Assembly: GCA_002787295.1 (NCBI GenBank)
Contig: PCWJ01000024.1
Span: 29,931-63,554 of the forward strand
DNA: 33,624 bases
Source of the DNA: Candidatus Nealsonbacteria bacterium CG11_big_fil_rev_8_21_14_0_20_37_68
GTDB taxonomy: Bacteria > Patescibacteriota > Minisyncoccia > Minisyncoccales > GCA-002782225
Direction of reading: 5' to 3'
The notes beneath the pieces are model-generated. The model ran no database searches. It saw only the letters and a list, made by a program, of their open reading frames with translations, and was not told the DNA's origin. Numbering within the stretch: the stretch's first letter is position 1; each line of letters begins with the position of its first letter. The position numbers were made by a program, and so were the translations under genes. Positions 1-8,365 of the stretch are shown piece by piece.

Positions 1-2054
1 TTCTTTGAGCATTTGATTTGTTTCCTTTTTGTTTCTACCAGTAAAGAACCGCATTTTGGACAGGTTTCATTAATGGGTTTATCCCATAAAGCAAAATCGC
101 ATTTTGGCCAATTGGAACAGCCATAAAATATTTTTCTCTTTTTAGTTCTTTTCTCCGTGATTTCTCCGCTTTTGCAGTTTGGACACTTAATGCCCAAAGT
201 ATTTTTTTCAAGGGACTCGGTGTATTTACACTTCGGGAATTTAGAACAGGCATAAAATTCTCCAAATTTCCCCAATCTGATTACCAAAGAAGCTTTGCAT
301 TTTGGACAGATTTTTTTAGTTGGTTTTTCGGTAAATTCTTTTTTAGAAACTTCCTCATATTTATGCTTCAGGTTTTCTTCGAAGGGGATATAAAATTCTT
401 GAATTATTGGCGTCCATTTTTTTGAACCTTTGGCAATTTCGTCAAGCGATTCCTCCATCTCGGCCGTAAATTTAATATCAACAATTTTTGGAAAGTGTTC
501 CACCAAAAGATCGTTAACTACGGTTCCAATTTCGGTTGGTTTAAATTTTCTATTTTCGTCTTTTTCAATATAATTTCTTTCCTGAACAGTAGATAATATC
601 GGAGCATAAGTTGAAGGTCTCCCAATTCCATTTTCCTCCAGAGCTTTAATTAGAGTGGCTTCTGAATAGCGAGGAGGGGGTTGAGTAAAATGTTGAGAAG
701 GGATTAATTTTAACAGCTCTAAAATTTCATCGTTTTCAAGCGGAGGCAGCTCGTTTTCTTCAAACTTGATTTGGTAAACCTTTAAAAAGCCATCAAATTT
801 CAAAATCTGTCCCGTTGCACGAAAGCCGTACCCCGCACCAGAACCTTCGGTTCGGTACGGGGCAGGATTTTTTGCCTCGATGTCAACAGTTGTTGAATCA
901 AAAATTGCCTGACCCATCTGGCACGCAATAAATCTTCGCCAAATTAAATCATAAAGTCGAAAACCTTGCTCATCTAATTTGGCTTTTAGTGTTTCTGGAG
1001 TTCCATCGGCAAAAGTCGGTCTTATTGCCTCATGGGCTTCTTGGACTCTACCTTTTGCCTTATATTTTCTCAAAAAGCCTGCCCAATAATTTTTGCCATA
1101 TTTTTCGGTAATAAATTTTTTAGCCGCAAATAAAGATAAATCAGAAAGATTTAGAGAATCTGTTCGGTGATACGTCGTTAGTCCTTTTTCATAAAGTTGT
1201 TGGGCAACCCCCATTGTAAATTTGGCTGGAAAATGAAATCTTTGCCAAGCTTCTTGTTGTAAAGTAGAAGTTGTAAAAGGCGGCAGGGGATTCCTTTTTA
1301 CCTCTTTTTTTTCAACGCTTTGAACTTTATATTCTGCTCCCTCCAGATCTTTTACAATTTCATCTGCCTCTTTTTTAGTTTTGATTCCCAGTTTCGGAAT
1401 AATTTTATCATCCTTTTTGACTAATATAGACTCAAACCAACGAGAAACGTTCTCGTTGGTTTTTTTGAGCTGGGCGATAATAGTCCAGTACTCTTGCGGT
1501 ATGAAATTTTGTATTTCTCGTTCGCGCTCAACAACTAACCTTACTGTCACCGATTGAACTCTTCCAGCAGAAAGACCCCTGGCTATTTTTTTCCATAAAA
1601 ATGGAGATAATTTATAGCCGACAATTCTATCCAAAATCCTTCTTGTTTGTTGAGCATCGACCAGATTCATATCAATTTTCCTTGGATTTTTAAGGGCTTG
1701 GTCAATTGCTGATTTGGTAATTTCATGAAAAACAATTCGCTGGTAAGGTTTTTCTCCGTCTAAATTCAAAATCTGAGCCAAATGCCAAGCAATGGCTTCG
1801 CCTTCCCGATCGGGATCAGTAGCCAAAATAGTGAGTTCGGCTTTTTGACTTTCCTTGGCTAAACTTTGAACAATCTTTTTAGCTTTTTCTGGGATAATAT
1901 ATTTTGGTTTAAAATTCTCTTCAATATCAATTCCAAGTTCATCTTCCGGTAAATCTCTAATGTGACCATAAGAAGAGAGAACCCGATATTTGGGACCCAG
2001 AAAATCCTGGAGAGTTCTTGATTTGGTTGGTGACTCAACGAGTATTAATTGCAT
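1..2054 (-). CDS. topA: DNA topoisomerase I (3' end runs off the window start)
   Basis: Absent from the ORF track because no stop codon lies inside the window. Hand translation of the minus strand from ATG 2054-2052 gives MQLILVESPTKSRTLQDFLGPKYRVLSSYGHIRDLPEDELGIDIE. It continues with TOPRIM DPDREGEAIAWH, the active-site Tyr region GLTTYHRTDS, then three C4 zinc ribbons (CPKCKAS..CSKFPKC, CPNCKSG..CSNWPKC, CPKCGS..). The start overlaps the dprA 3' end by 20 nt. Confidence 0.93.
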   Translation of the reverse strand, partial: MQLILVESPTKSRTLQDFLGPKYRVLSSYGHIRDLPEDELGIDIEENFKPKYIIPEKAKKIVQSLAKESQKAELTILATDPDREGEAIAWHLAQILNLDGEKPYQRIVFHEITKSAIDQALKNPRKIDMNLVDAQQTRRILDRIVGYKLSPFLWKKIARGLSAGRVQSVTVRLVVEREREIQNFIPQEYWTIIAQLKKTNENVSRWFESILVKKDDKIIPKLGIKTKKEADEIVKDLEGAEYKVQSVEKKEVKRNPLPPFTTSTLQQEAWQRFHFPAKFTMGVAQQLYEKGLTTYHRTDSLNLSDLSLFAAKKFITEKYGKNYWAGFLRKYKAKGRVQEAHEAIRPTFADGTPETLKAKLDEQGFRLYDLIWRRFIACQMGQAIFDSTTVDIEAKNPAPYRTEGSGAGYGFRATGQILKFDGFLKVYQIKFEENELPPLENDEILELLKLIPSQHFTQPPPRYSEATLIKALEENGIGRPSTYAPILSTVQERNYIEKDENRKFKPTEIGTVVNDLLVEHFPKIVDIKFTAEMEESLDEIAKGSKKWTPIIQEFYIPFEENLKHKYEEVSKKEFTEKPTKKICPKCKASLVIRLGKFGEFYACSKFPKCKYTESLEKNTLGIKCPNCKSGEITEKRTKKRKIFYGCSNWPKCDFALWDKPINETCPKCGSLLVETKRKQIKCSK
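831..862. repeat. GC-rich hairpin in-frame in topA
   Basis: CCCCGCACCAGAACC-ttc-GGTTCGGTACGGGG. The left end CCCGCACCAGA is identical to 14285-14295. Confidence 0.75.
1434..1462. repeat. 29-nt perfect palindrome in topA
   Basis: AAACCAACGAGAA-acg-TTCTCGTTGGTTT, with 13-bp arms. Confidence 0.85.
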
Positions 2055-2916
2055 AGATATTGTTTCCTAAGTTTCTTATCTTACCTTTTATTTCCAAAAT
2101 AACAAGGCAGCTTACAACTTTTTGTGGGGGTAACTTAGTTTTTTCAATAATTTTGTCGATGTATAATCCCTCCTCTTTTAATGAGTTCAAAATTAAATTT
2201 TCTTCGAGAGTCTCTCCGGTTACTTGCCTGTCGGAACTAGGTTCCGACAGGCCTAAATTTAGTTCTTTTAGAATATCATTAGCGTTTTCAGCCAACCATG
2301 CTCCTTGCTTTATTAAATAATGACAACCCTTAGAGTTTGAAGAATGGATTGGGCCGGGAACAGCAAAAACTTTCCTTCCTTGTTTTTTTGCCCACTCCGC
2401 GGTGATTAAAGCTCCTGACTTTTGCTTGGCTTCTATCACTAAAACCCCCAAAGAAAGACCGGAAATTATTCTATTTCTTTGGGGGAAAGTAAATTTGGAT
2501 CCGCAAGTTCCGGGTGGGTATTCAGAAATTAAACAGCCGCCAGATTCAATAATTTTTTCTGCTAATTTTAAATTGGTTTGAGGGTATATGCTTTTTTCGT
2601 CCAGGCCGGTTCCCAAGACGGCAATTGTTCTTCCTCCGCTTTCCAGGGCAGCCTGATGGGAAAATGTATCAATTCCCGGAGCAAGACCGGAGACAATTGT
2701 TAATCCAGCTTCAGCTAAATCACCGGCAATTTCCAGAGCCACCTGCTTTCCGTAGCTGGAGCACAATCTGGTTCCAACCACGGCAAAACAATTTTCCTCG
2801 GGCAAAATTTTTCCTTTAGCGTAAAGAATTTTTGGCGAGTTTTTTATTTTCTTTAAAATTTTTGGATAAGCTCCGTCTTTTATTGAAATTTCTTTGATTT
2901 CATTTAGCATTTCCAA
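2035..2916 (-). CDS. dprA: DNA processing protein DprA/Smf
   Basis: 293-aa ORF with the Rossmann-like DprA core (VVGTR..SYG, GLAPGIDTFSHQAAL, GGRTIAVLGTGLD, YPPGT, FPQRNRIISGLS, LVIEA..KSGALITA). The dprA-topA gene order is a common arrangement. Confidence 0.9.
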   Translation of the reverse strand: MEMLNEIKEISIKDGAYPKILKKIKNSPKILYAKGKILPEENCFAVVGTRLCSSYGKQVALEIAGDLAEAGLTIVSGLAPGIDTFSHQAALESGGRTIAVLGTGLDEKSIYPQTNLKLAEKIIESGGCLISEYPPGTCGSKFTFPQRNRIISGLSLGVLVIEAKQKSGALITAEWAKKQGRKVFAVPGPIHSSNSKGCHYLIKQGAWLAENANDILKELNLGLSEPSSDRQVTGETLEENLILNSLKEEGLYIDKIIEKTKLPPQKVVSCLVILEIKGKIRNLGNNIYAINTR

Positions 2917-3013
2917 ATCTTAAAACAATTTTTAAAATTCAACAAGTTTCGTATCGAAAATTGCGCCAAAAGTCCAACTTTCACTATGGGGCAAAATGAT
3001 TTAAAATATATTA

Positions 3014-5050
3014 ATGGCTGTGACCAAACAAGAAGTTAAACAGAGAATTGAGAAACTCAAAAAGGTGATTAACCATCATCGGTATTTATATCACGTATTG
3101 AATAAGTCCGAAATTTCTGATGCCGCCTTAGATTCTTTAAAACACGAACTTTATAAATTAGAACAAAAATTTCCAGAGTTTATTACTTCCGATTCTCCAA
3201 CTCAAAGAGTGGCTGGCAAACCCCTGGAAGGATTTGAAAAAGTAAAACATAAAGTTCCGATGCTTTCCATTGAGGATGTTTTCTCTGCTGAGGAACTTAA
3301 AGATTGGGAAGATTATTTAAAAAGATTAATTCCATCTACTGCCTTTGATTATTTTGCCGAACTAAAGATTGATGGATTTGCCATCACTTTAATTTATAAG
3401 AATGGCTTATTTACTACCGGAGCCACCAGGGGAAATGGTCTGGTGGGGGAGGATGTTACCCAAAATTTAAAAACAATCGAGAGCATCCCCCTGAAATTAG
3501 AGGTTCATGGTAAATTGCCAAATACAGAGATTGAGGAAAATCTTAAAAAATTAATCAAAAGAGGAAAAATTGAAATCAGGGGAGAGGTTTTTATGGGAAA
3601 AAAAGACTTTGGAAAGCTGAATGAAGAATTAAAAAAAAGAGGAGAAAAAATCTATGCTAACCCCAGGAATTTAGCCGCGGGTTCCATCCGACAATTAGAC
3701 CCAAAATTAGCTGCTTCTCGGCCCCTTAGATTTTTGGCTTACGATATAGTGACTGATTTTGGTCAAACCCAACACTCTCAAGAACATCAAATTTTGCCGG
3801 TCCTAGGTTTTATTACCGATCTGGGAAAAGAATGTAAAAATTTAAATGAGGTCGTAGATTATCGGAAAGAAATAGCCAAAAAAAGAGAAACTCTTCCTTT
3901 TCAAATTGATGGGGTGGTGGTGAACGTGGACAACAATTCGCTTTTTAAAAAATTGGGAGTGGTAGGGAAAAGCCCTCGGGGAATCAGGGCTTTTAAATTT
4001 TCTCCAAAACAAGCCACTACTAAAGTTTTGGATATAAAACTGCAGATAGGAAGAACGGGAGCTATAACACCGGTTGCTCACTTGGAGCCGGTTGAGGTTG
4101 GGGGGGTAACCATTACTCGAGCCACTTTGCACAATGAAGATGAAATAAAAAGATCGGGAGTAAAAATTGGAGATACGGTTATTGTTGAAAGGGCGGGCGA
4201 TGTGATTCCAGCCGTTGCTAAAGTTTTAAAAGAGCTCAGGACAGGAAAAGAAAAAGAATTTCATTTTCCCGAAAAATGTCCGGTTTGCGGCCGGAACTTA
4301 GTTAAACCATCTGGAGAAGCAGTTTGGCGATGCAAAAATCGAAACTGCGGAGCCATAAAAAGAGAATTTTTATACCATTTTGCTTCAAAAAAAGCTTTTG
4401 ATATCGAAGGATTGGGACCAAAGATTATTGATCAATTAATAGACGAGAATTTAATTTTTAGTACCCCTGATTTGTTTGAACTAAAAGAAGGAGACTTAAT
4501 TCCCTTGAAAAGGTTTGCCGAAAAATCAGCCAAAAATTTAATTGAATCTATTGAAATTGCAAAAAAAATCTCCTTGGCAAGGTTTATCTATGGCTTAGGG
4601 ATTCGTCACGTTGGCGAAGAGATAGCGATTGCAATATCTAATTATTTTGGTTCCCTTGATAAATTAAAAGAAGCTAACTTACAAGATCTTGAGAAAATTC
4701 CAGATATCGGCGAGGTGGTAGCTAAAAGCATATATTTTTGGTTTAGAGATAAGAAAAACTTAAAATTAATCAAAGATTTATTAAAAGCTGGAGTGAAAAT
4801 TATTTTTCCCCAAAAAATAAAAACTCAATTAAAAAGAAAAACTTTTGTTTTTACCGGAGCCTTAAAAACTATGGCTAGAGATGAGGCTGAAAACGAAGTG
4901 AGAGCATTTGGGGGGGCAGTTTCTTCTTCGGTTTCCAAAGAAACAGATTATGTAGTGGTGGGCGAATCCCCCGGTTCAAAAACAGAGAAAGCCAAAAAAT
5001 TAGGAGTAAAAATTATTTCAGAAAAAGAATTTTTAAAAATGATAAAATAA
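3014..5050 (+). CDS. ligA: NAD-dependent DNA ligase
   Basis: 678 aa. Adenylation motif ELKIDGFAI, OB domain, Cys4 zinc finger CPVCGRNL..WRCKNRNC, HhH region and C-terminal BRCT (FVFTGAL..). Confidence 0.95.
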   Translation: MAVTKQEVKQRIEKLKKVINHHRYLYHVLNKSEISDAALDSLKHELYKLEQKFPEFITSDSPTQRVAGKPLEGFEKVKHKVPMLSIEDVFSAEELKDWEDYLKRLIPSTAFDYFAELKIDGFAITLIYKNGLFTTGATRGNGLVGEDVTQNLKTIESIPLKLEVHGKLPNTEIEENLKKLIKRGKIEIRGEVFMGKKDFGKLNEELKKRGEKIYANPRNLAAGSIRQLDPKLAASRPLRFLAYDIVTDFGQTQHSQEHQILPVLGFITDLGKECKNLNEVVDYRKEIAKKRETLPFQIDGVVVNVDNNSLFKKLGVVGKSPRGIRAFKFSPKQATTKVLDIKLQIGRTGAITPVAHLEPVEVGGVTITRATLHNEDEIKRSGVKIGDTVIVERAGDVIPAVAKVLKELRTGKEKEFHFPEKCPVCGRNLVKPSGEAVWRCKNRNCGAIKREFLYHFASKKAFDIEGLGPKIIDQLIDENLIFSTPDLFELKEGDLIPLKRFAEKSAKNLIESIEIAKKISLARFIYGLGIRHVGEEIAIAISNYFGSLDKLKEANLQDLEKIPDIGEVVAKSIYFWFRDKKNLKLIKDLLKAGVKIIFPQKIKTQLKRKTFVFTGALKTMARDEAENEVRAFGGAVSSSVSKETDYVVVGESPGSKTEKAKKLGVKIISEKEFLKMIK

Positions 5051-5056
5051 AACCGA

Positions 5057-5073
5057 CGGAGAACAGTTCTCCG
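5057..5073. terminator. Hairpin between convergent ligA and mfd
   Basis: CGGAGAAC-a-GTTCTCCG. On the minus strand it is followed by tcggTTTTATTTTA, so it fits best as the mfd terminator. Confidence 0.6.
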
Positions 5074-5098
5074 CCGAATTAAAAGAGTTATATTTTTT

Positions 5099-7171
5099 TT
5101 AACTCCTTTTTAATTTCTCAATTGCTTCTGATAATATCTGACAGTATAAATTTAAGCCGACTTGATTTATATTTCCTGATTGCTCTTTGCCTAAAATGTT
5201 TCCGGCGCCGCGGATTTCTAAATCCTTTAAAGCAATTTTATAGCCAGAACCCAGTTCTTCAGCTTCTTTCAAAGCATCTAATCTCATTTCGGCTTTTTCT
5301 GAAAGGTGACTGCCGTTCACCTCCACACCATAACGAGGACTAACTTCGTTAATTTTATCGCCTTCGGCGATTTGTCCTCGTTTGGTGTGGGGGTAAAGAA
5401 AGTAAGCAAAGCTCTGAATGTGAGAACGGCCAATCCTGCCTCTGATTTGATAAGCTTCAGCTAAGCCTAATCTGGTTGAGTCAGCCACGATTAAAGTATT
5501 GACATTTGGCAAATCTAAACCATTTTCAATAATAGTAGTCGCTACTAAAACATCAATTTTTCTATTTTGAAAGTCTGCCATTACTTTTACCAATTCTTTT
5601 TCTTTCAGTCTTCCATGAGCAATCCCCAATTTTACCTCTGGTCTAAAACCCGACGTTAGTCCTTCTAAAAACTTTTTGGCTGTTTCGATTGTCTCTACTC
5701 GATTGTATAAAAAATAAACCTGTCCTCCTCGAGAAATTTCAGCCCAAATTGCTTTTTTAATAACGGTTTCCGACCAGGGCAAAATAAAGGTTTTGATGGC
5801 TAATCTCCCCAGTGGGGGAGTTTGAATTAGACTTATTTCTTTCAGAGAAGATAAGGCTAAATAAAGAGTTCTGGGAATGGGAGTGGCGGATAGAGACAAG
5901 ACATCCAAAGAGGTTCTTAATTTTTTTAATTTTTCTTTTTGGTTTACTCCAAATCTCTGTTCGTCATCAATTACCAAAAGTCCTAAGTTTTTAAATTCAA
6001 CGTCAGAAGATAAAAGCCGATGGGTTCCAATTACCATGTCTATTTGCCCCCGCTTTAAATTTTGAATTATCTTTTTTTGACCCGTTTTTGGCTGCAGACG
6101 ACACAATAACTCAATTCTTATGGGGAATTGCTTTAATCTTTTTTTAAAGTTGTGATAGTGTTGATTGGCTAAAATTGTTGTTGGGCAGATCATTGCTGTC
6201 TGATAACCTGAATTTACTTTTTTAACCATGGTTCTTAGGGCAATTTCAGTCTTTCCAAATCCAACATCGCCGCAAACAATCCTATCCATAGGCTCTAACT
6301 TTTTAAGATCTTGTTCAATTTCTTTCATTGTCTGGACCTGATCCGGAGTTTCTTCAAAGAGAAAAGTGCCGGCGAGTTTGGCATCTATTTCTGAATCGGG
6401 AAAGCAGGGAGGCCTTTGGGCAATTTCTCTTTTGGCGTAAATTTCTAAAAGCTCTTTTGCTAATTTTTCAGCCTCCTCTTTTATTTTTCTTTTAGTTTTT
6501 TGCCAGAAAGGACTGCTTAATCTTGAAATTTTAGGTTCGACAAACCCAATGTAACGTGATAGTTTTCTCTCTAAGCCAAATGGAACATATAATCTATCTC
6601 CTTGGGCATACGCGATCTGGTAGTAAGATAATGTCCGATCGGACATTTTTTGATTAAGGGGTTTTTCTTTTGTAAGGCCAATAAACTTTCCCACGCCGTG
6701 GTCTAGATGGACCAAATAATCTCCGGGTTTTAATCCTTTTAAGTCAGAAAATATTTTTTGAGATTTTAATCTCTTTTTTAAAATTTCTTTAACTGTCTTT
6801 TCGTCTTTGATTTCAATGGGCAATCTTTCAATATTTTCGATTAGGTTTCCGTAAAAATCAAAACGAATTGGATAATTTAAATTAATTGGGAAAACCTCAA
6901 TTATTCCTCCCCGGCGAGAAAATTCTCCGGGCTCTGAAACCCGAATTACTTTTTCATAACCCATTTCATCCAGTTTTCTTAAAAATTGAGAAAAATTACA
7001 GCTTTGATTTTTTTCTAAAAATATGGTGTTATCCTCCCAGAAAGTTTGGGTTTTTTGGGTTTGAAGAATTTTATTTAAATTTTTTTCAAACCAAAAATTA
7101 CTTTTTTCTAAAAAGTAGGGGGTAATACTGACAATCAGAAGTTTTGTGATGATCTGATCTGACATCTCCAT
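5099..7171 (-). CDS. mfd: Transcription-repair coupling factor, shortened architecture
   Basis: 690 aa. RNAP-interaction region GDYLVHLDHGVGKFIGL, SF2 motifs GDVGFGKTEIA and DDEQRFG, and the TRG-like region. Much shorter than the ~1150-aa canonical Mfd. Carries a palindromic insert at 5321-5393. Confidence 0.88.
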   Translation of the reverse strand: MEMSDQIITKLLIVSITPYFLEKSNFWFEKNLNKILQTQKTQTFWEDNTIFLEKNQSCNFSQFLRKLDEMGYEKVIRVSEPGEFSRRGGIIEVFPINLNYPIRFDFYGNLIENIERLPIEIKDEKTVKEILKKRLKSQKIFSDLKGLKPGDYLVHLDHGVGKFIGLTKEKPLNQKMSDRTLSYYQIAYAQGDRLYVPFGLERKLSRYIGFVEPKISRLSSPFWQKTKRKIKEEAEKLAKELLEIYAKREIAQRPPCFPDSEIDAKLAGTFLFEETPDQVQTMKEIEQDLKKLEPMDRIVCGDVGFGKTEIALRTMVKKVNSGYQTAMICPTTILANQHYHNFKKRLKQFPIRIELLCRLQPKTGQKKIIQNLKRGQIDMVIGTHRLLSSDVEFKNLGLLVIDDEQRFGVNQKEKLKKLRTSLDVLSLSATPIPRTLYLALSSLKEISLIQTPPLGRLAIKTFILPWSETVIKKAIWAEISRGGQVYFLYNRVETIETAKKFLEGLTSGFRPEVKLGIAHGRLKEKELVKVMADFQNRKIDVLVATTIIENGLDLPNVNTLIVADSTRLGLAEAYQIRGRIGRSHIQSFAYFLYPHTKRGQIAEGDKINEVSPRYGVEVNGSHLSEKAEMRLDALKEAEELGSGYKIALKDLEIRGAGNILGKEQSGNINQVGLNLYCQILSEAIEKLKRS
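5321..5393 (+). repeat. Family B element inside mfd
   Basis: CCACACCATAACGAGGAC..ATCGCC-ttc-GGCGAT..GTCCTCGTTTGGTGTGG. About 17-bp inverted termini with an inner hairpin. Confidence 0.85.
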
Positions 7172-7180
7172 TCAAGTAAG

Positions 7181-7753
7181 TTATATGTTGTATTTACTCA
7201 TTGTTTTTTCTAAATTGTGTTTCAAAAAAAACTCAATTGCTTTTATCGTTTTTTTAATAACCTCTTTAATGGTTTCTTCTTCTTCTTTTGTAAATTTTTG
7301 AAGAACAAATCTTTCAACGTTTTTAGGTTTACCAGTTTTTGGCTGAATACCAATTCTGAATCTGATAAAGTTTTTTGTTCCTAATTCTTTAATTATTGAC
7401 TCCACGCCTTTGTGGCCGGCTCCACCCCGGCCAATTGCTATTCTAATTTTTCCCAAAGGTAAATCAATGTCATCGTGGACAACCCATAAATTGAAAATTG
7501 AAAATTGAAAATTGAAAATTAATTTCTTTACCGCTTTTCCAGAAAAATTCATAAAAGTTTGAGGTTTGGCTAAGATAATTTCTTTATTATCTATTTTTCC
7601 TTTTGAGATTTCAGCTAATAATCTCTTTTCTTTTTTCCAATTTGTAAAGTTGTCAATTGTCAATTGTAAATTGTCAATTGTTATAAAGCCAACATTATGA
7701 CGAGTATTTTTATATTTTCCGCCGGGATTGCCAAGACCAATTACCAAAATCAT
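7181..7753 (-). CDS. pth: Peptidyl-tRNA hydrolase
   Basis: 190 aa. Motifs GLGNPG, TRHNVGF and VVHDDIDLPLGKIRI. Contains two heptanucleotide tandem arrays. Confidence 0.9.
   Translation of the reverse strand: MILVIGLGNPGGKYKNTRHNVGFITIDNLQLTIDNFTNWKKEKRLLAEISKGKIDNKEIILAKPQTFMNFSGKAVKKLIFNFQFSIFNLWVVHDDIDLPLGKIRIAIGRGGAGHKGVESIIKELGTKNFIRFRIGIQPKTGKPKNVERFVLQKFTKEEEETIKEVIKKTIKAIEFFLKHNLEKTMSKYNI
7491..7518. repeat. Heptanucleotide tandem repeat (TTGAAAA)x4 inside pth
   Basis: Four perfect copies plus partial flanks. On the minus strand it encodes FNFQFSIFN. Confidence 0.9.
7642..7684. repeat. Heptanucleotide tandem repeat TTGT(C/A)AA x ~6 inside pth
   Basis: TTGTAAA g TTGTCAA TTGTCAA TTGTAAA TTGTCAA TTGTTAT. 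Encodes TIDNLQLTIDNF. Confidence 0.88.
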
Positions 7754-7783
7754 AGATTTTTTAGTTTATTATATCATTTTCTC

Positions 7784-7811
7784 TTGCCAAACCGAAAGAT
7801 TTTGATATAAT
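7784..7811 (+). promoter_or_regulatory. sigma70-like promoter of lepB-hisS
   Basis: TTGCCA, 16-nt spacer, TATAAT. The -10 ends 9 nt before the ATG and there is no SD. Confidence 0.6.
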
Positions 7812-7820
7812 GATTAAAGT

Positions 7821-8363
7821 ATGAAAAACTTTCTTTCTTTCATCTGGGAAATTACAAAAATAGTTATCATTGCTCTGCTGATCGTAGTTCCCATTCGCTA
7901 TTTTATTTTTCAGCCCTTTTTGGTGAGGGGTCAATCAATGGAGCCAGATTTTCAAGACGGCAATTATTTAATTATCGATGAAATTTCCTACAGGTTTAAC
8001 GAACCCCAAAGAGGAGAGGTGGTTGTTTTTAAATTTCCAAATTTGCCTTCCCAGCGTTTTATAAAAAGAATAATTGGATTGCCGGGAGAGGTGATAAAGA
8101 TAGAGGATGGAAAAATTATAGTTTCCAAGGAAGGGGAAAGCCAGGTTTTAGATGAATCTAAATATCTTCCTTTAACTGAGACCCTGGGAGACTTTCAAAT
8201 TTCTTTAGCTGAAGGTCAGTATTTTGTGTTGGGGGACAATCGACCCTCTTCTTATGATTCCAGGCGGTGGGGCGTCCTTCCTAAAGAAAATATAATCGGC
8301 AAGGTTTTTATAAAACTCTGGCCACTTACTGCCTTGGCTAAAGTTGAAGTCCCCGAATACTAA
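7821..8363 (+). CDS. lepB: Signal peptidase I
   Basis: 180 aa. N-terminal TM segment, catalytic Ser box GQSMEPDF, Lys box KRIIGLPGE, and GDNRPSSYDSR. Confidence 0.9.
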   Translation: MKNFLSFIWEITKIVIIALLIVVPIRYFIFQPFLVRGQSMEPDFQDGNYLIIDEISYRFNEPQRGEVVVFKFPNLPSQRFIKRIIGLPGEVIKIEDGKIIVSKEGESQVLDESKYLPLTETLGDFQISLAEGQYFVLGDNRPSSYDSRRWGVLPKENIIGKVFIKLWPLTALAKVEVPEY

Positions 8364-8365
8364 AT

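Noticed and set aside
35-265. 76-aa minus-strand ORF.
   Set aside because: It lies out of frame inside the topA zinc-ribbon region and has no recognisable features.
1-2054. The gap in the ORF track over ~2 kb might indicate an alternative genetic code or a pseudogene.
   Set aside because: Hand translation of the minus strand gives an uninterrupted TopA. It is missing from the track only because its stop lies beyond the window edge. All other genes read through with the standard code.
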